A stretch of DNA of 64,000 nt, from the NCBI GenBank assembly GCA_964621445.1, contig CAZUNO010000002.1:96001-160000 (forward strand), read 5' to 3'. This document shows positions 58,342 to 64,000 of this stretch, one piece after another (the stretch's first letter is position 1; each line of letters starts with the position of its first letter). Origin of the DNA: Candidatus Hadarchaeota archaeon. Its GTDB lineage: Archaea > CAYQAE01 > CAYVLA01. The position numbers were made by a program, and so were the translations under genes. The notes under the pieces were generated by a model that worked only from the letters and a program-made list of their open reading frames with translations, did not search any database and was not told where the DNA came from.

Positions 58342-59323
58342 TGCCCATTTCCCCAATTGAAACCGGTTCTCCATCCAGAGCCGACCTTCGGGTGGCCAGG
58401 GCCATTTCCACCGCCTTGCGACCGTCCTCACCGGTTATCGATGGGTTCCTGTTATTACGTATGCTTTCCACGAAATCCTTCAGCTCCTCCAGGACCCCAT
58501 CCTTTGAAGGTATTTGTTCTCCTTCCAATATCTTCTCCTCTCCACCCTCTTTCTTGTATATGATTCTCTTTTGGCTATTATCATAGAAAAGGGTACCTTC
58601 CCGGCAGAAAACTTCTCCTCTGTATCTACCCATTGTCGAGGATACCGCGGCATTTAAGGTCCCTATGGACCCGTTTTCAAACCTATATGAGGCGAAAATT
58701 GTATCCATAAAATCTACCCCATCGAGAACATACCTTCCACCCCTTGCAAATACCTCTTCAGGCTCGCCGAGGATGTGTCTCATGTAATCAAGTTCATGAA
58801 CGTTTACCTCTAGTAGGATGCCGCCGCAAAGGTCGCGCTTGCACCTCCACCCGCTGGTGAACTTCCAGCTTCCCACCCGCATGACGGCCATGGACATGGG
58901 ACTACCGATTTCATCCTTTACTATCCTTGCCGACTCCTTGAAAATGGGCAGAAGCCTTAGAACCTGACCGGTCATCAGGTTGACGCCGTTTGAATCGCAG
59001 GCATCTATCATTAGGTCGCAGTCCTCAAGGGTTAGTGCCAGGGGCTTCTCACAGAACACGTGAATCCCGGCATCAGCCGCTTTTACGACGTATTCACGAT
59101 GAAGATATCCGGGGGTGGATACGATAACCCCGTCGAGCCCGGGTGTTTGAAGGAGTTCCTTATAATTGGGACATGACTTTCCACCAAACTCCTCGGCAAT
59201 ACGGGTCGAAGAATCTGGATCGACGTCATAAGTTGCCACTAACTCTGCCCCATCAATTTTCACGAGTCTGCGCAGGAGACTATGACCATGCCCTCCGCAT
59301 CCCACTATACCTATTCCTATCAT
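58325..59323 (-). CDS. Gfo/Idh/MocA oxidoreductase
   Basis: GIVGCG, HVFCEKP, GGILLEVNVHELD, TGEDGRKA. Confidence 0.92.
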   Translation of the reverse strand: MIGIGIVGCGGHGHSLLRRLVKIDGAELVATYDVDPDSSTRIAEEFGGKSCPNYKELLQTPGLDGVIVSTPGYLHREYVVKAADAGIHVFCEKPLALTLEDCDLMIDACDSNGVNLMTGQVLRLLPIFKESARIVKDEIGSPMSMAVMRVGSWKFTSGWRCKRDLCGGILLEVNVHELDYMRHILGEPEEVFARGGRYVLDGVDFMDTIFASYRFENGSIGTLNAAVSSTMGRYRGEVFCREGTLFYDNSQKRIIYKKEGGEEKILEGEQIPSKDGVLEELKDFVESIRNNRNPSITGEDGRKAVEMALATRRSALDGEPVSIGEMGNETQG

Positions 59324-59422
59324 CCTTACACCTTGTCGCCAACCGTTTCCGGCTAGATGCCAAGCGCTGCGGACGGCCCTTCTTTAGTATGTTGCTTTCA
59401 TCACTTGGCCAAACCCGATTAA

Positions 59423-60748
59423 TTACCCCTCCTTACTGGTTAACTCTGCTTCCCGATAGAACCTACGGCCTATCATTAGCGAGTAGACCACAAACCCCGT
59501 TACCAGTCCTACCCCGGTAACTGTAATCCATTCGATGATATAAACCCACATCAGGGCCCCTTGTCTGAGCTTGATACCCTCTTGTGAGAGCTGGTGGAGT
59601 TCTTCGATGAATTCCTCCATCATCTCTCTCGCCTCTTGATAATTCTGAGCAATATATGCATTCCGGGCCTCCTCGGTACGGGAATTTAGCTCCTCGATAT
59701 CATCCATGAGTGGACCGACATTGGCACCGAATTTCTGAATGAAGTCCGCCAGGCTTAGCAAATTTTGGGAATGCTGCCTAAAGGAGGCAAATGATTGCCT
59801 AGCCGAGTGTACCAGCATAACATCTGTGACTATTTCTCTACCCGTACCCAGGTACATCATATTGAACCACATATCCTTCCCGAACTCATTGTCGCTCCAC
59901 CCCCTCTCATATGAACTCCAAAAAGGGTACCTTGGTGCATCCGCTACTGACCAGGTCATTGCGTTTCCGTATTCCCAGGACAACACCCAAGGGCGGGTTT
60001 TCTCGGACATCTGCCTACTGAAGTGCATCCAGCCCCATGTATTCACCCCATTCTTTGGTAGCATAATCCTTCCCCCATGTCCTCGCCACTTCTCGAGGCC
60101 AAATTCGAGGAAAGGAGTGAAAACTGGAGGTAATTCACGATTCAGCTCCACGTGGAAAAGATCGATATTGGGAGCCTCCCGATTTTTGAAGTAGCTGGCA
60201 GTGGCATCCGAATCGCAGGGGAAAACCTCGGACACGGGACTGTCAGCCCAGGGCCCGTACATTAAGTAGTTCTTGCCCATTACCCCTCCGGTATCAGCTA
60301 TGGCACAGGCCCCGCCATCGCGTATGGACCGTACCAAAAGGTCTAGCTGGTTTTGGGTGTACATATTTACCAATATCGACGAGAAATGAATCGCGTCATA
60401 GCTCCTCAGCTTGGAATATGAACGGGGAAAGTATATCCTTAGATATCTTCTTATCTCGTCCTTAAACGCGGTTCCGTGGGTCTCGGTCCAGCTTCCCTTG
60501 AACAACCTTGAGGGAACCATGGAAAATGAAATTCCCGGTTCGGACGAGAGCCAGTCCCTTAGGGGATTCAAGCGGTTATCCACAAGCCCCATGTACAATA
60601 CCTTTAATCGACCGTCGCTTTCCTGGGCCAAGGAGGCAGGAAAAACAACCATTACCAGGATGGTTAGGAAAAATAACGGGAGCAAGTACTTGAATTCACC
60701 TCTTTTTGAAGGATCTACTTCCCTGAAAATTCCGGATAACATTGACAT
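59423..60748 (-). CDS. Membrane-anchored hypothetical protein (alpha/beta domain + helical bundle + C-terminal TM)
   Basis: N-terminal hydrophobic helix, YLRIYFPR, PWVLSWEYG, coiled segment, TM-RR. Confidence 0.65.
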   Translation of the reverse strand: MSMLSGIFREVDPSKRGEFKYLLPLFFLTILVMVVFPASLAQESDGRLKVLYMGLVDNRLNPLRDWLSSEPGISFSMVPSRLFKGSWTETHGTAFKDEIRRYLRIYFPRSYSKLRSYDAIHFSSILVNMYTQNQLDLLVRSIRDGGACAIADTGGVMGKNYLMYGPWADSPVSEVFPCDSDATASYFKNREAPNIDLFHVELNRELPPVFTPFLEFGLEKWRGHGGRIMLPKNGVNTWGWMHFSRQMSEKTRPWVLSWEYGNAMTWSVADAPRYPFWSSYERGWSDNEFGKDMWFNMMYLGTGREIVTDVMLVHSARQSFASFRQHSQNLLSLADFIQKFGANVGPLMDDIEELNSRTEEARNAYIAQNYQEAREMMEEFIEELHQLSQEGIKLRQGALMWVYIIEWITVTGVGLVTGFVVYSLMIGRRFYREAELTSKEG

Positions 60749-60823
60749 GAATGGCGGTATATCATCTTGGATAAATTACTTAAATTTGTATGAGAGGTAT
60801 GGCTGGGTGACTGGAGGTCTGGA

Positions 60824-61156
60824 TTGGTTAAATTTGAAAATATCGACGCCGCTGATGACGGGATACTCGACCATTATGTGGTCGAGCTTGAGAACGACGT
60901 AGGTACCGGCTCCGCGGCAATTCAGGAACTAAAGATGGATGGCGAGATCATCCCTCCAGAAAAAATTAGGCTGAAGATAGGGAACCAGTCCTGCAAGCCA
61001 TTCAAACCTGGGTGCGTTCTGGCCTCTCGTTATGGGGACAAGATCTCCATCGAGGTCGAGATGGAGGGAGGACTCGAACCAGGAGAGCACTCACTGGGAG
61101 CCAAGGTCAAACTAGGGTGGATATGCCGGACCGTGGAATTTAAGGGGTGTATATAG
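60824..61156 (+). CDS. Hypothetical beta-sandwich protein (possibly DUF6379-like)
   Basis: LKMDGEIIPPEKI...LEPGEH pattern; upstream of the DegT gene. Confidence 0.55.
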   Translation: MVKFENIDAADDGILDHYVVELENDVGTGSAAIQELKMDGEIIPPEKIRLKIGNQSCKPFKPGCVLASRYGDKISIEVEMEGGLEPGEHSLGAKVKLGWICRTVEFKGCI

Positions 61157-61217
61157 CCTTCCTGGCGAGGAAATCTTATTCAAGCCCAAATTTGAGAAGT
61201 GACCGGAGAATGATAGG

Positions 61218-62468
61218 TTGGAGAAGCTGGCCATAAATGGAGGGACACCCGTTCGGACGGAGAGACTTGATAACTCGCCAGCCATGGCCCCCAAGGAGAA
61301 GGAACTGGTTTTGAATGTCATCGAATCCAGAGAGCTTTGTGCCATTGATGGGTCCAAGGCGGATGAATTTGAACACAAGTTCGCCGACTTCGTGGGCAGC
61401 AAACATGCCATAGCCGTGAACACTGGTACCGCAGCGCTCCACATAGCCCTGGCCGCCGCCGGAGTAGGACCCGGGGATGAGGTTATCGTGCCGGCATACA
61501 CGTTCATTGCCAGCGCAACCTCCGTCCTACACTGCAACGCTGTTCCGGTCTTCTGTGATATTCTTCCCGATACCTATTGCATGGACCCGGAGGACGTGGA
61601 AAAGAGGATCACTGATAGCACAAAGGCTCTTATGCCGGTCCACCTCTTCGGTCATCCTGCGCAAATGGACGAGATACTTGACATTGCGGACCAATATGAC
61701 CTATCAGTTATCGAGGACAGCGCACAGGCCCACGCCGCCGAATACAAGGGGCGAAGCGTGGGTACACTAGGGGACCTGGGCTGTTTCTCCTTCCAGCAAA
61801 GCAAGAATATGACTGCCGGGGAGGGTGGACTCGTGGTCACCGATAACGATGAAATGGCCGATGTCTGCAGAAAGATTAGACATCACGGCGAGGATTATGG
61901 GCCGTCAGCATCACGGACCTATGAGAGTTTCATTCCCGGCTACAACTACAGGATTACCGAACTCTCCGCTGCCGTGCTACTGGCCCAGCTGGAGATGCTT
62001 GAAGCCTTCACGGAGAGGAGGATAGGTAACGCCAGTAGACTCGTCGATGAACTCAGTCAGTTTGATTGGATACAGGAACCCAGGAAAAGGAAATACGTAA
62101 AGCATGTCTATCATGTTTTCGTTCTCCGGATAAAGGAGTCCGAACTGGGGATGAGTCGTGACCAGGTGTTCCGAGCATATACTGCCGAGGGGCCCTATGC
62201 GGGCCTCGGATATTCCCGGCCTCTATACATGAACCCTCTATTTAAGGAAAAGGTTGGTTTCGGCGGCACAGATTGTCCCTACGGGTGCAAGCACTACCAG
62301 GGCTCCGTGTCCTATGAGGAAGGCCTTTGCCCGGTCACGGAACAGGTTATTCGGGACGCCCTCTGGATCGGTGGCGGTTGGACCATACACAATCTCACGC
62401 ACCAGGATATAGAGGACATCGTCCATTCCTTCTTAAAAATCAATGAGTATGCAATGTCCAAAACCTAA
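61218..62468 (+). CDS. DegT/DnrJ/EryC1/StrS PLP aminotransferase
   Basis: LAINGGTP, NTGTAALH, IEDSAQAH, FSFQQSK, GEGG, GYNYR. Confidence 0.93.
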   Translation: MEKLAINGGTPVRTERLDNSPAMAPKEKELVLNVIESRELCAIDGSKADEFEHKFADFVGSKHAIAVNTGTAALHIALAAAGVGPGDEVIVPAYTFIASATSVLHCNAVPVFCDILPDTYCMDPEDVEKRITDSTKALMPVHLFGHPAQMDEILDIADQYDLSVIEDSAQAHAAEYKGRSVGTLGDLGCFSFQQSKNMTAGEGGLVVTDNDEMADVCRKIRHHGEDYGPSASRTYESFIPGYNYRITELSAAVLLAQLEMLEAFTERRIGNASRLVDELSQFDWIQEPRKRKYVKHVYHVFVLRIKESELGMSRDQVFRAYTAEGPYAGLGYSRPLYMNPLFKEKVGFGGTDCPYGCKHYQGSVSYEEGLCPVTEQVIRDALWIGGGWTIHNLTHQDIEDIVHSFLKINEYAMSKT

Positions 62469-62672
62469 TTTGACCAGGGAATGTAATATCTGCTCTAACT
62501 TGGGTTTATGCACTATAATCCTCAACATTGCTCCGTCTTCAACAGGCTTGAAAAGTATCCGCTTACAACAGCGGTGGTAAAAGTTGCTCATTTGGTTTAG
62601 TGAGGTAGGCTAATATTCTCCCCAAACGAAATACTCAATAGACTGCATCTAATCTAGTAACAGGGTGAACCC

Positions 62673-63227
62673 TTGAAGAAAAAAATCAAGCCAGGAACCC
62701 TCCTTTATCCCGTTCCCGTGGCCCTAGTCAGCTGCGCTGGGAAAAAGAGCGGAGCGAATATCATAACCATAGCCTGGACCGGAATCATTTGCTCGGACCC
62801 ACCGATGGTCAGCATATCCATAAGGCCACACCGACACTCCTCTAATATCGTGAAGGACAGTAGACAATTTGTGATCAACGTGCCTACGGAGGACCTGCTG
62901 CAGAAGGTGGACAAGTGTGGAACAACCTCGGGTAGGTACCACGACAAGTTCCAGGACATCGGGCTGACGCCCCTGGATTCAAGCGAGGTGAATGCTCCAA
63001 TGATCAAGGAATGCCCTGTAAACCTGGAGTGCGAGGTCCAGGACATGATTGAGCTGGGTTCCCACGAGATGTTCATTGCCAAGGTCGTTGCCGCGCATGC
63101 CGATGAGGATGTACTTGAAAATGACCAGGTACAGGTATCGAGGGCAAAACCACTGGTATTCTGTCCCGTGAGCTCAGAGTATTGGAATCTCGATAAGAAG
63201 TTGGGTAACTACGCCTTTACCTCCTAG
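62673..63227 (+). CDS. Flavin reductase family protein
   Basis: YPVPVALVS, NIITIAW, FVINVP, CGTTSG, ECPVNLEC, GSHEMF. Confidence 0.92.
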   Translation: MKKKIKPGTLLYPVPVALVSCAGKKSGANIITIAWTGIICSDPPMVSISIRPHRHSSNIVKDSRQFVINVPTEDLLQKVDKCGTTSGRYHDKFQDIGLTPLDSSEVNAPMIKECPVNLECEVQDMIELGSHEMFIAKVVAAHADEDVLENDQVQVSRAKPLVFCPVSSEYWNLDKKLGNYAFTS

Positions 63228-63278
63228 GGATCTGGGAAACAGATAAACGCACGCTATCCAGTTCTTGGGTGATATGCC

Positions 63279-64000
63279 ATGGGACGGGACGCGGAAAGGC
63301 TAGTGATTGGATTCTCCTATTCCATGGTAGGGGGAGTAATTTCCCAAGCCCTTGTCTATCTTGCCGGGGTGCTGGTAATGAGGTTACTGGGCCCAGAGAG
63401 CTACGGCCTTTACCAGCTGGTATTTCTGGTCCCCCTTCTCTTCACCCCTATACTTAATCTTGGAATCGAATCCACTCTGGTTAGGTTCGTATCCAGATAT
63501 ATAGTCGACGACCGCAATAGGGGCATCAGGACGGCCAGATTTCTGTTCATGGCCAGGTTAGCAATCGCTCTGGCGGCAAGCCTACTCATTCTCGCCCTTT
63601 CTCCATGGATATCCAACTTGTTAGGAGAGGAGGTTACCTTGGGAGTCCAGATTACGGGAATTTTCCTATTGGGGAACATGCTCTACCTTTTCATGAACTC
63701 TTTCTTCCAGTCCTTCTTCCTCATGCGGGAACGGACGATAGTCATGACCACGCATGGAGCCTCCTATCTGGCACTCGTCCCTCTCCTCGTGTACCTAGAT
63801 TTCGGTTATCTTGCTCCCATAGTAGGATTCAGCATCGCAAAGTATCTTGCGGTGGCAATCGGCCTGATCCTGGCCTGGAGAAAGGACCTTAACCTGTTGG
63901 CCAGGCCCTCCCGGGAGGGCGTTCATCTTTTGGAGCAGGTCAAATTCGCAGCTCCCACTTATATCACCGTTTTACTGTGGGCCGTCTTCACCCAGGTGGG
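63279..64000 (+). CDS. Oligosaccharide flippase (Wzx/MOP family), runs off the window
   Basis: Manual translation MGRDAERLVIGFSYS...MRLLGPESYGLY followed by TM helices; absent from the ORF track because no stop falls inside the window. Confidence 0.8.
   Translation, partial: MGRDAERLVIGFSYSMVGGVISQALVYLAGVLVMRLLGPESYGLYQLVFLVPLLFTPILNLGIESTLVRFVSRYIVDDRNRGIRTARFLFMARLAIALAASLLILALSPWISNLLGEEVTLGVQITGIFLLGNMLYLFMNSFFQSFFLMRERTIVMTTHGASYLALVPLLVYLDFGYLAPIVGFSIAKYLAVAIGLILAWRKDLNLLARPSREGVHLLEQVKFAAPTYITVLLWAVFTQV

Overview
Chromosomal segment of an archaeon, judged from archaeal ribosomal proteins, RNA polymerase E subunits, aIF2-gamma/aIF5B and intron-containing tRNAs. The lineage cannot be fixed from sequence alone. 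It holds a translation/transcription cluster (rpl7ae to rps24e), an Aeropyrum-type archaeal mevalonate cluster (mvk, UbiD, AcnX large and small, fni, ipk), Hef helicase, glmS/GlmU-like genes, wecB, and many sugar and amino-sugar enzymes and transporters. Most notable are: (i) a 1419-aa membrane-anchored alpha-2-macroglobulin/CD109-like thioester protein with an animal-type GCGEQNM motif and a C3-type catalytic His; (ii) two tRNA genes, Pro-CGG and Gln-CTG, each split by two BHB introns and sharing a T-loop 59/60 intron; (iii) a winged-HTH-inserted PD-(D/E)XK nuclease near a TGT/DpdA-like TIM-barrel protein, a possible DNA modification or defence pair; (iv) six consecutive TTG-start translation genes followed by an aIF2-gamma that may start at ATA; (v) two single-base frameshifts in homopolymers, one at an exact U-UUU-UUA slippery site, both possibly sequencing errors. 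No CRISPR array, rRNA, integrase or transposase was seen.
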